64,000 bases of DNA from Anaeramoeba ignava BMAN (lineage: Eukaryota; Protista; Anaeramoebae). The stretch covers positions 1 through 64,000 of the forward strand of contig JAPDFW010000026.1 in the NCBI GenBank assembly GCA_028826165.1. Reading direction: 5' to 3'. The notes under the pieces were generated by a model, which saw only the letters and a list, made by a program, of their open reading frames with translations, was not told the DNA's origin and did no database searches. Shown here piece by piece: positions 52,183 to 63,600 of the stretch. The position numbers were made by a program, and so were the translations under genes. Within the stretch, counting starts at the first letter, position 1. Each line of letters opens with the position of its first letter.

Positions 52183-53967
52183 ATGAATGAAATTTTATTT
52201 TTTGGTTTAAATAAATATCCAACTCTTTTCAAAAACAAATCAATTACAATAGCAAAACCAATTCAATTTAAATTTGAAAATGAAAATGAGAATGAAAATG
52301 AAAATGAAAAACAAATTAAACAAATTTCATCAAGTGTTTATTCAACAATTTTCCTTTTTGAAAATGGAAAAGCAATAGAATATTTAAATGAAAATGATTC
52401 AAATCAAAATATTGAAAAAATCCAAATTGAAGAAAATGTTCAAAAAGTAACTGTTGGATCTGAAAATGAAACTATTTTAACAATAGAAGGAAATGTATTT
52501 GCAAAAGGAAATAATATTAATTCAAATGATCCAAATGAATTTATCAATATTTCATCATTAATTGAAGATACAAATGATAGAATAATTCAAGATATTGTTT
52601 CTGGAGCTCAATCAATTTATTTATTAACTTCAAATCAAAATGCTTATGGATTTGGTTCAAATGAATATGGTCAACTTGGTTTTGATTCTAAAACACTTAA
52701 AGAAACAAAAAAACCAATTTTAATGATGAAAAATGTTTCTAAAATATTTTCAGGAAATTCTTCTTATTATGTTTTTCTTTTAAATTCAAATCAAGAATTA
52801 TTTGGATGTGGCTATAATGAGTATTATCAACTTGGATTAGGAGAATCAAGAAAAGAAACAAAAATCCATAAATTAACCAAAATCCAAAATATTCCAAAAG
52901 GCGAAATAATTGATATTCAAACTGGGAATTCCCATTCAATAATGTTGATTGAAAATGAAAATGAAAATCCAAAAAGAAAACTTTATTCATGTGGATTTTA
53001 TCAATATAATGGACTTGGCAAAAAAGGAAATACTTATGAATTTACTGAAATCAAATCATCTTTATTTGAAAATGATGATATTATTCTTCAATTTTTTGTT
53101 GGAGGTTACCATACTTTGATTTTAACTTCTAATTCAAAATTAATTGGATTTGGAGATAATTTTTATGGTGAATTAGGAACTGGAGATACGAAATATCAAT
53201 TAATTCCAATTCAAATTAAACTTCCTAAATTAAGATTTAATGAAAATATTTCTAATTATCGTTTTTCTTGTGGATATTTTAATTCATTTCTTTATTATTC
53301 TCTTTCTCCTTTTTCCAATCTTGAAGAAGATTTGATAAAACTATTTAGAAGAAAAGAATTTTGCAATATTTCATTTAAAACCAAAAATGAAGAAATAATC
53401 AAAGCTCATAAATTAATATTGAAATATAGATTAAATCAAAATGAAAATCAAATTGAAAAACTTAAAGAAATTATTTCAAAAAAATCAATTAAAGAATCAA
53501 ATCAAATATTTGAAATGATTTATTCAAATAATTCCAAAATAAATCCAAAATTATATTTTGAAATTAAAGAAATTATAAATTCAAATGAAAAAATTGAAGA
53601 AACAATGAAAAGAATTTATTTAAATGAAAATGAAAATGAAAATGAAAAAGATTTTATAATTGAAAGAAAAGAAAAACAATATAAATTTCCTAAACTAATA
53701 TTAGTAATGAGAAGTGAATTATATAGAGGAATGTTTTTATCTGTAACAGAAGATACTTCTAATAAAGTTACAGATTATAGTGAATTAAGTAATAAATCAT
53801 TTCAAATATTTGAATATTGGATTTATTCAAATCAAATTAAAGATGAAATTCAAATTACACAAGAAATCATTAATGAAATTCAAATAGGAATTGATTATTT
53901 TCAATTAAATCAAACAAATCCAAATTTAATTGATTTATTAATTAACAAATTTAATAATCAAAATTAA
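52183..53967 (+). CDS. RCC1-repeat + tandem BTB protein (copy 1)
   Basis: 594-aa intronless ORF with GSNEYGQLG, GYNEYYQLG and GDNFYGELG RCC1 blades, plus AHKLILKYR and RSELYRGMF BTB motifs. Confidence 0.9.
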   Translation: MNEILFFGLNKYPTLFKNKSITIAKPIQFKFENENENENENEKQIKQISSSVYSTIFLFENGKAIEYLNENDSNQNIEKIQIEENVQKVTVGSENETILTIEGNVFAKGNNINSNDPNEFINISSLIEDTNDRIIQDIVSGAQSIYLLTSNQNAYGFGSNEYGQLGFDSKTLKETKKPILMMKNVSKIFSGNSSYYVFLLNSNQELFGCGYNEYYQLGLGESRKETKIHKLTKIQNIPKGEIIDIQTGNSHSIMLIENENENPKRKLYSCGFYQYNGLGKKGNTYEFTEIKSSLFENDDIILQFFVGGYHTLILTSNSKLIGFGDNFYGELGTGDTKYQLIPIQIKLPKLRFNENISNYRFSCGYFNSFLYYSLSPFSNLEEDLIKLFRRKEFCNISFKTKNEEIIKAHKLILKYRLNQNENQIEKLKEIISKKSIKESNQIFEMIYSNNSKINPKLYFEIKEIINSNEKIEETMKRIYLNENENENEKDFIIERKEKQYKFPKLILVMRSELYRGMFLSVTEDTSNKVTDYSELSNKSFQIFEYWIYSNQIKDEIQITQEIINEIQIGIDYFQLNQTNPNLIDLLINKFNNQN

Positions 53968-54074
53968 AATTAAAATTAAAATTAATTTAAAAATTAAAAT
54001 TAAAATTAAAATTAAAATTAAAATTAAAATTAAAAATTAATTTTTCATTTTTTCCATTTTTTTTCTTTTCAAAA

Positions 54075-55843
54075 ATGAATGATTGTTTATTTTTTGGTTT
54101 AAATGAAAATCCAAAACTTTTCAAAAATGAACCAAATAAAATAACAAAACCAATTCAATTTAAATTTAAATTTGAAAATGAAAATGAAAATGAAAAACAA
54201 ATTAAACAAATTTCATCAAGTGTTTATTCAACAATTTTCCTTTTTGAAAATGGAAAAGCAATAGAATACTTAAATGAAAATGATTCAAATCAAAATATTG
54301 AAAAAATCCAAATTGAAGAAAATATTCAAAAAGTATCTGTTAATATTCAAAATGTAGTTATTTTAACAAAGAAGGAAATGTATTTACCAAAAAAAATATT
54401 AATCCAAATAATCCAAATGAATTTATCAATATTTCATCATTAATTGAAGATACAAATGATAGAATAATTCAAGATATTGTTTCTGGATCTAAATCAATTT
54501 ACTTATTAACTTCAAATAATATAGTTTATGGAATTGGTTCAAATGGTTATGATCAACTTGGTTTTGATCCTAATACATCTTATAAAGCAGAAAAACCAAT
54601 TTTAATGATGAAAAGCGTTTCTAAAATATTTTCAGGAAATTCTTCAAATCATGTTTTTCTTTTAAATTCAAACCAAGAATTATTTGGATGCGGATATAAT
54701 AATAGTCAACTTGGATTAGGAGAATCAAGAAAAGAAGAAACAAAAATCCAAAAATTAACCAAAATCCAAAATATTCCAAAAGGCGAAATAATTGATATTC
54801 AATGCGGATTGCTTTATTCAATAATGTTGATTGAAAATGAAAATGAAAATTCAAAAAGAAAATTTTATTCATGTGGGAAATATCTTTTTATTGGACTTGG
54901 CCAAAATAAAAATACTTATGAATTTACTGAAATCAAATCATCTTTATTTGAAAATGATGATTATATTCTTGATTTTTCTGTTGGATGGTTTCATACTTTG
55001 ATTATAACTTCCAAAGGGAAAATGATTGGATTTGGAGGTAATTATCATGGAGAATTAGGAATTGAAGATACAAATAGTCAATTAATTCCTATTCAAATTA
55101 AACTTCCTAAATTAAGATTTAATGAAAATATTTCCAATTATCATGTTTCTTGTGGAACTCACAGATCATTTCTTTATTATTCTCCTTCTTCTTTTTCCAA
55201 TCTTGAAGAAGATTTGATAAAACTATTTAGAAGAAAAGAATTTTGTGATATTTCATTTAAAACAGAAAATGGAGAAATAATCAAAGCTCATAAATTAATA
55301 TTAAAATATAGATTAAATCAAAATCAAAATCAAATTGAAAAACTTAAAGAAATTATTTCAAAAAAATCAATTAAAGAATCAAATCAAATATTTGAAATGA
55401 TTTATTCAAATAATTCCAAAATAAATCCAATTTTATATTCTGAAATTAAAGAAATTATAAATTCAAATGAAAAAATTGAAGAAACAATGAAAAGAATTTA
55501 TTTAAATGAAAATGAAAATGAAAAAGATTTTATAATTGAAAGAAAAGAAAAACAATATAAATTTCCAAAATTAATATTAATAATGAGAAGTGAATTATAT
55601 CGAGGAATGTTTTTATCTGTAACAGAAGATACTTCTAATAAAGTTACAGATTATAGTGAATTAAGTAATAAATCATTTCAAATATTAGAATATTGGATTT
55701 ATTCAAATCAAATTAAAGATGAAATTCAAATTACACAAGAAATAATTGATGAATTAGAAAGGGGAATTGATTATTTTCAATTAAATGAAACAAATCTAAA
55801 TTTATTTGATTTATTAATTAACAAATTTAATAATCAAAATTAA
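54075..55843 (+). pseudogene. RCC1-BTB copy 2, one-base frameshift at ~54368-54370 (pseudogene or sequencing error)
   Basis: Reads ttaacaaagaagga versus ttaacaaaagaagga in copy 3. The span of 1769 nt is 3n+2. It is otherwise colinear with copies 1 and 3. Confidence 0.75.
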
Positions 55844-56043
55844 AATTAAAATTAAAATTTAAATTAAAATTAAAATTAAAATTAAAATTAAAATTAAAAT
55901 TAAATTCAAAATTAAAATTAAAATTAAAATTAAAATTATAATTAAAATTAAAATTAAAATCAAAATTAAAATTAAAATCAAAATTAAAATTAAAATTAAA
56001 ATTAAAATTCCAAAATTATTTTTTCATTTTTTTCTTTTCAAAA

Positions 56044-57837
56044 ATGAATGAAATTTTATTTTTTGGTTATAATCGATTTCCAACTCTTTTCAAAAACAAA
56101 CCAAATACAATAACAAAACCAATTCAATTTAAATTTGAAAATGAAAATGAAAATGAAAATGAAAAACAAATTAAACAAATTTCAATCACAAAATTTTCAA
56201 CAATTTTCCTTTTTAAAAATGGAAAAGCAATAGAATATTCCAGACAAAATATTGAAGAAATCCAAATTGAAAATATTCAAAAAGTATCTGTTGGATCTGA
56301 AAATGAAGCTATTTTAACAAAAGAAGGAAATGTATTTGCCAAAGGAAAAGATATTAATTCAAATGATCCAAATGAATTTATCAATATTTCATCATTAATT
56401 GAAGATACAAATGATAGAATAATTCAAGATATTGTTTCTGGAGCTCAATCAATTTACTTATTAACTTCAAATCAAAATGCTTATGGATTTGGTTCAAATG
56501 AATATGGTCAACTTGGTTTTGATTATGAAACACTTAATGAAACAAAAAAACCAATTTTAATGATGAAAAATGTTTCTAAAATATTTTCAGGAAATTCTTC
56601 AAAACATGTTTTTCTTTTAAATTCAAATCAAGAATTATTTGGATGCGGAACAAATGAATGGGGTCAACTTGGATTAGGAGATACAGAAAGAGAATGGAAA
56701 ATCCAAAAATTAACCAAAATCCAAAATATTCCAAAAGGCAAAATAATTGATATTCAATGTGGATATAATCATTCAATAATATTGATTGAAAATGAAAATC
56801 AAAATGAAAATCCAAAAAGAAAACTTTATTCATGTGGAGTTTATTATATTAATAGAACTGATGACGAAGATGAAAATACTAATGAATTTACTGAAATCAA
56901 ATCATCTTTATTCGAAAATGATTATATTATTGAAATTTCTGTTGGAAATGCACATGGTTTAATTTTAACATCCAAAGGGAAATTAATTGGATTTGGAGAT
57001 AACGAATATGGTCAATTAGGAACTGGAGATACAGAAGATAAATTAATTCCAATTCAAATTGAACTTCCTAAATTAAGATTTAATGAAGATATTTCCAATT
57101 ATCATATTTCTTGTGATAATTTTTATAAATCATTTCTTTATTATTCTCCTCCTTCTTTTTCCAATCTTGAAGAAGATTTGATAAAATTATTTAGAAGAAA
57201 AGAATTTTGTGATATTTCATTTAAAACCAAAAATGGAGAAATAATTGAAGCTCATAAATTAATATTGAAATATAGATTAAATCAAAATGAAAATGAAATT
57301 GAAAAACTTAAAGAAATTATTTCAAAAAAATCAATTAAAGAATCAAATCAAATATTTGAAATGATTTATTCAAACAATTCCAAAATAAATCCAATTTTAT
57401 ATTCAGAAATTAAAGAAATTATAAATTCAAATGAAAAAATTGAAGAAACAATGAAAAGAATTTATTTAAATGAAAATGAAAAAGATTTTATAATTGAAAG
57501 AAAAGAAAAACAATACAAATTTCCTAAACTAATATTAATAATGAGAAGTGAATTATATCGAGGAATGTTTTTATCTGTAACAAATGATACTTCTAATAAA
57601 GTTACAGATTATAGTGAATTAAGTAATAAATCATTTCAAATATTAGAATATTGGATTTATTCAAATCAAATTAAAGATGAAATTCAAATTACACAAGAAA
57701 TTATTGATGAAATTGAAACAGGAATTGATTATTTTCAATTAAATCAAACAAATCCAAATTTATTTGATTTATTAATTAACAAATTTAATAATCAAAATCA
57801 AAATCAAAATCAAAAAGAAAAATGTTTAATTTTTTAA
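56044..57837 (+). CDS. RCC1-repeat + tandem BTB protein (copy 3)
   Basis: 597-aa ORF, a close paralog of 52183-53967. Confidence 0.9.
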   Translation: MNEILFFGYNRFPTLFKNKPNTITKPIQFKFENENENENEKQIKQISITKFSTIFLFKNGKAIEYSRQNIEEIQIENIQKVSVGSENEAILTKEGNVFAKGKDINSNDPNEFINISSLIEDTNDRIIQDIVSGAQSIYLLTSNQNAYGFGSNEYGQLGFDYETLNETKKPILMMKNVSKIFSGNSSKHVFLLNSNQELFGCGTNEWGQLGLGDTEREWKIQKLTKIQNIPKGKIIDIQCGYNHSIILIENENQNENPKRKLYSCGVYYINRTDDEDENTNEFTEIKSSLFENDYIIEISVGNAHGLILTSKGKLIGFGDNEYGQLGTGDTEDKLIPIQIELPKLRFNEDISNYHISCDNFYKSFLYYSPPSFSNLEEDLIKLFRRKEFCDISFKTKNGEIIEAHKLILKYRLNQNENEIEKLKEIISKKSIKESNQIFEMIYSNNSKINPILYSEIKEIINSNEKIEETMKRIYLNENEKDFIIERKEKQYKFPKLILIMRSELYRGMFLSVTNDTSNKVTDYSELSNKSFQILEYWIYSNQIKDEIQITQEIIDEIETGIDYFQLNQTNPNLFDLLINKFNNQNQNQNQKEKCLIF

Positions 57838-57973
57838 AATTAAAATTAAAATTAAAATTAAAATTAAATTCAAAATCAAAATCAAAATTAAAAATTAAAA
57901 TTAAAATTAAAATTAAAATTAAAATTAAAATTAAAATTAAAATTAAAAATTGTTTTCTTTTCTTTTCTTTGAT

Positions 57974-59319
57974 TTAAATTTTATTTCCTGCTCTTGCAAT
58001 TGGGAAAATAATTTCAGAAAGTTCAAAAGGAAGAATTTTTTGAATAAAATCTTTAAGATCTTCTTCTTCTTTTTCTTCAGAAATAAATCTTTGATTTTTC
58101 ATTAAAGAAAAAAAATGTAAATGAGAAATATAATCATTTTCATTTGATAATTGATGAATATCATTTGATAATTGTTCAAAAAATAAAGGAGTTAATTTTA
58201 AAATTTGAATCATTGCATCTTCTTCAATTCTAAGTTTACAAAATTGTGAAAATATTTTTCTTGTTAAACTTCTTGGAAATTCAGGTTTTGAATGAATTTT
58301 TTGTCTTTTATGATTTTGATTTTGATTTTGATTTTGATTTTCATTTTCATTTTCATTTTGATTTTGATTTTGATTTTTATTTTCATTTTGATTTTCATTT
58401 TGATTTTCATTATTTTCTAAATTTTCTTCAATTTTTCTTTTTGTTTGTATTTTTTCAAATCTTTTTTTTAATGGATTTTTAAATGATAAAGTTTGTGATT
58501 TATTGAAATTCATTTTGTTAATAAATTTAGAAATATTTTCTTTTTTTTCAAATTGATTTTTTTGAATTGGATTAAAATTAAAAGGAATTCTAAGTTGATG
58601 AAGATCCAAAAATCTTTGAATATTTGAACTTTCTTGATTTGTAAATGATAATTGATATTGTTTTTTAGGTGAATTTATGATTTCTAATTCTTGAATATCA
58701 TTTCTAAAAATAAATTAAAAATAAATTAAAAATAAATTAAAAATAAAATTATAAATATTTACGAATCACTTTCAAGATTGAAATTATCTTCTCCATCAGA
58801 ACTAAAATCTGAAGTATTTAAATTAAAATCAATATTTTCCACATTTTGAATTAGATTATTTTCATTTTCATTTTCATTTTCATTTTCATTTTCATTTTCA
58901 TTTTCATTTTCATTTTCATTTTTAATTTCAATTTTTTTATTAGAAATTTGTCTAAAATTTGGATTTAAAGGATGTTTTGAAGTTTTAACTTTTTATTTGT
59001 TTGTTTGTTTAAAAGAAAAGAAAAGAAAAGAAAAGATTAAATTTAAAAAATTTAAAAAATTTAATAAATAATATTTTTACTAGCTTTTGCTTGAATTATT
59101 TTTTGAATTAATGCTTTTGGTGTTTGAATAGGACTTGGTGTAAAATTTGTTGAAAAATTTTTATTATTTCTTTTATTTAATGAATTTAATTTATTATTTT
59201 GAATATTTTGAATTTTGAATATTTTGATTTTGATTTTGATTATTAATATTAATATTAGAAGGAGTTAAAATATTTGAAAGAGAACGAATTAAAGATCTTG
59301 GTGTTTTATAAACACTCAT
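57974..59319 (-). CDS. CENPT: Centromere protein T (CENP-T) homolog
   Basis: Exons 59319-59081, 58988-58763 and 58703-57974, with one indel at ~59211. N-terminal TPRSLIR and TPKALIQKII motifs. C-terminal histone fold and extension: FPRSLTRKIFSQFCKLRIEEDA...FFEQLSNDI...LMKNQRFI...IQKILPFELSEIIFPIARAGNKI. Confidence 0.75.
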
Positions 59320-59554
59320 TTTTTAATAATTATTATTATTAAAAAATAAAAAAATAAAAAATAAAAAAATAATTTTAATTTTAATTTTAATTTTAATTTA
59401 ATTTTTTTAACGGTTTTCTTTTCTTTTCTTTTCTTTTCTAATTTAAATAAAAAATAAAAATAAAAAAGTGGAATAAAAATAAAGTGGAATTTTGAATTAA
59501 AAAATAAAGGATTTTATTATTAAAAGTAAAATAAAATTGAATTAAAAAGAAATT

Positions 59555-60576
59555 TTAATCTGAATTAGAATTAGAATTAGAATTTGAATTAGAATTTGAA
59601 TTAGAATTAGATTTAGATTTTGATTTAGATTTAGAATTAGAATTAGAATTAGAATTAGATTTAGAATTAGATTTAGATTTAGATTTAGATTTAGATTTAG
59701 ATTTAGATTTAGATTTAGATTTAGATTTAGATTTAGAATTAGAATTAGAATTAGAATTAGATTTAGAATTAGATTTGTTATCTTCTTTTGTTTCTATATC
59801 TTGATTTAAATTAGTTTGATTAATTTGAAAAGGAATTTTAATTCCAGTTTGTTTTGACATCGAAGAAATTCTTTTATTAATTTCATTCTTTATTCTTTCA
59901 ATTTCATTTTGAATTTCATTACTATTTTTTTCAAAAAGTTTTGCATTTTGATTTGGTTTTTTTTCTAAAGTTAATCTAATTTGATCCATTTTATCTTTAA
60001 TTGATTTTTATTTAAATCTAAATCTAAATTTAAATCTTTTTTTTTTCTTCTTTGGTTTTAATTGGATTTTTATGATGTTTTTAACATTAATTTCTTTTTA
60101 TTCTTTTCATTCTTAATATTTTGTTGATGTTTTTTTGCTCCAATTTTATGTTTATGTTCTTTTTATCTAAATTTAAATTATTATTTGATTTTTTCTTCAT
60201 TTTCTTCTTTTTATTCTTGAAGCTTTTCTTGGTTTAGGGATTCATTAAATCATTCAAACTAGTTTTTAAAATTTTTTTTCTTATGTTTATCTTCTTCAAT
60301 TCTTTTTATTTTTCTTTTTTGATTTTTTATCTTTTTTGATTTGGATTTTTGTGATAAATTTTCTCCAATTTTTGAATATGTTTTTGGTTCTTGATTTTGA
60401 TTAAATGATTGTGAATCAGGAAGTAATTCCATTGTTTGATGTATTATTAATCTTGCTTGTGTTAATGTTGATAAGTATATATTTGTTAATTCTTTAATTT
60501 TTTGTTTTAATTGCTCATTTTCTTTTTTTAATTCTAAATTTTGTTTTTTAATTTCTTCATTTTCTTTTTGATTCAT
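59555..60576 (-). CDS. Coiled-coil protein with (SK/SN)n tail; frame disrupted at ~60000-60260
   Basis: ORFs 60259-60576 and 59555-59989 are joined by coding-like K-rich sequence containing indels. Confidence 0.45.
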
Positions 60577-60668
60577 TTTTTTAATTATTATTTTAATTAT
60601 TTTTATTTTTAAAAAGAAAAAAAATGAAAAAATTTTTTTTGCTTTTTTTATTTTTTTTATTTTTGGAT

Positions 60669-63600
60669 TTAAAAATTTGATTTTAAATTATCAATATGAT
60701 CTCTTAAAAAACTCCTTTCATTTAATTGATAAAAATCTTGAAGTTCTTCTAAATCATCATAAATAGATTCTTTCATTCCATAATCAATTTCATCATAATA
60801 TAAAAATTTAATAAAATAAGATAATGATTCATTTGATTTATCACTATAATCATTAACCCTATTAGAATTATCATTAACACTAACAAACATTCCTCTAAAA
60901 AGTTCACTTCTTGCTTGTAAAATTAATTTATGAACTTTGATTTCTTTATCTTCACTTATTATTATAAAATCTTTTCCATTTTTCATCTTCATATAATTTT
61001 TAAATCTTCAATTAATCCTTTTCTTTCCTTCTTTTTAATCCATTCTTCATTTTCTTCAATTCCTTCGCAAATTCATTAATAATTTCATAATTTCTTTGAT
61101 AATCATTTTCCTTAATTAATCCTGAATAAATAAATTTAAGAATAATTTCAATTTCAAATTTTCGTTTTTCTTTAAGAAATTAATTGCTTTTCAAATTTTG
61201 TTTCTCCAATTCTTGTTTGTAATATTAATTTATGAACTGGAATAACACAATCTTTCAATTTAATTTCATAATCACAAAATTCTCTCCTCTTTTAAATAAT
61301 TTTCCAATATCTTCACAAACACTTTCAAATCTTTCAAAAATTCTTTTACTTCTTGATTATAAATTTACAATCAACTGGTTTTTCATTCTTTTTATATTTT
61401 AATAATTTAATAATTTAATAATTTAATAATTTAATAATTTAAGAAAATTTACATACTAAATAAATTATAAATAAATTAATAATTAAAATGATTATAATTT
61501 TTTAAATTTACATTCTTTTTTTTTAAATTTTTAATATTTAATAATAATATTTTTAATATTTTTAATTTTATACATTTTTAAATGAATTTCTGAACCAAAT
61601 AAACATAACCAATAAATTGATTGTAAATTTTTATAATTTCTACAAGTAAAATGAAGTGGTGTATCTTTCTAATTAAATTTAAAAACAAGGGAAGATATTT
61701 TTTAAATTTATTTTTAAATTTTCTTTATTTTCTTTTACATCCTTTTATTAAAATAATAATTAAAGATTAAATTTTCCCCTAATTTTATAAAAAGAAAAAA
61801 ATTTTATAATTTTACTTTCTAAAAAAATTAATTATAAATTAAATTAAAAATAAAGATTTAATTAATACATTAATAACATTTATCTTTGCTCCAATAGAAA
61901 CAAGAAAATGAATAAAATTTGAATCTCCTAATAAACAAGCAAAATGAAGAGGTGTTTCTCCCTAATTTATTTTGAAAGAGAAAATATTATTTTCATTAAA
62001 TAAAAATTAATAAAAATATTACCATCTAAAATATAAAAATAATAATAATAATAATAATATAAAAATAAAATATTATTAAAATATTATTTACTTTCTAATA
62101 TAAAAATAATAAAAAATTTAAATTAAAATTTTTTACAAAATTTAAAATACATTTTGACAATTAATATCAGCTCCTGATTTAATTAATAATTCAACAATAT
62201 TTTGTGAAGATCCTGATTTACAATATAAATGAAGTGGAAAATTTCCTAAATTTATTAATAATTAATTTTTAATTTTAAAATTTTAAAATATAAAAGAAAA
62301 ACAAACTCTCTAAATATAAATATAATAAATATATAATAATAAATATAAAAATAATTTTAATATTTTTCTCTTTTTAAAAATTTTTGTTATAAATTTTATT
62401 ACATTCTAATTTAAATTTCAAAATTAATTTATTAATAAATTTTTAAATTTTAATTTAAATTTTTACATTTGGTTGATTAATTCCAATTTTATTTGAAACA
62501 AGAACTTCAATAAATTTTAAATCATTTTTTGATTTTCAAGTGCAAAAATGTAATGGAATATTATCCTATTAAAATATTAAAATAAAATTTATTCTAATAA
62601 TAATAATAATAAATTAAGTTTTATTTACAAACTATAAAATAATTTTAAATTCATTTTCTTTCTTTTAAATTAAAATAAAATGAATTACATTCTTTATTTT
62701 TATATTTAAATTAATATTTTAAATTTTAAAAATTTATTATTATTCAAAATACATCTTTTTCATCAATTTTTGCACCTGCTTTAATTAAACATAATACAAT
62801 TTCATAAGATGATTTTTGACAAATTAAATGAAGAGGTGTAAATCCTTTTATTTTATAAAATATTTCATTTTTAATTCTAAACAAAATTTTTATAATTTAA
62901 TTAAATAAAAATTATAATATACTTTCTAATAAAAATTATAAATATTTCAATATTATTTCTAAAATGAAAATTTTTACATCCTAATCAAAAAATATTTAAA
63001 ATTAAATTTTAATATATTTAAATTAAATTTATTTAATAAATACATCTTTTAAATTAACATCAGCTTTTAGCTTCAATTAATAACTTTATAATCATAAAGA
63101 GATGGAGTTTTACCAAAACAGACATTATGTAATGGTGTTCTTTTTCATTATTAAATTCATTATAAATTCATTATAAATTCATTTTTGGAAAAAATATATA
63201 AAATTATTACTCTCTATTTTTATTGGAATTAATTAATTTATTAATTTTACTTTTTCTTTTAAAAATATAAATCTTCAAACATCCTTTTATTTTTTAAATA
63301 ATTAATTAGAAAAGAAAAAAATATTATTATTTTTAATATATAAAATTTTACATTTTGAATATTAACATCATTAGTTGATAAAATTAATAATTTAATTAAT
63401 TCATCTGATAAATTAAAAGCACAAGCATTATAGTGATGTATTTTCCTAATAAAATAGTAAAATAAAATAAAATTTAATTTTATTTAATAAAATAATAATA
63501 TAAAATGAAATAAAATACATCCTTTTATTTTATTTTTAAAAACAATTAAAATTAGTTTATTTAAATATAAATTTTATATTTTTACTTTCTAAAAAGAAAA

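Noticed and set aside
63249-63257. Possible extra 5-nt microexon (AG-AAAAA-GT)
   Set aside because: It breaks frame, leaves flanking introns of only ~25-37 nt, and the two-codon slot is already filled by D and R.
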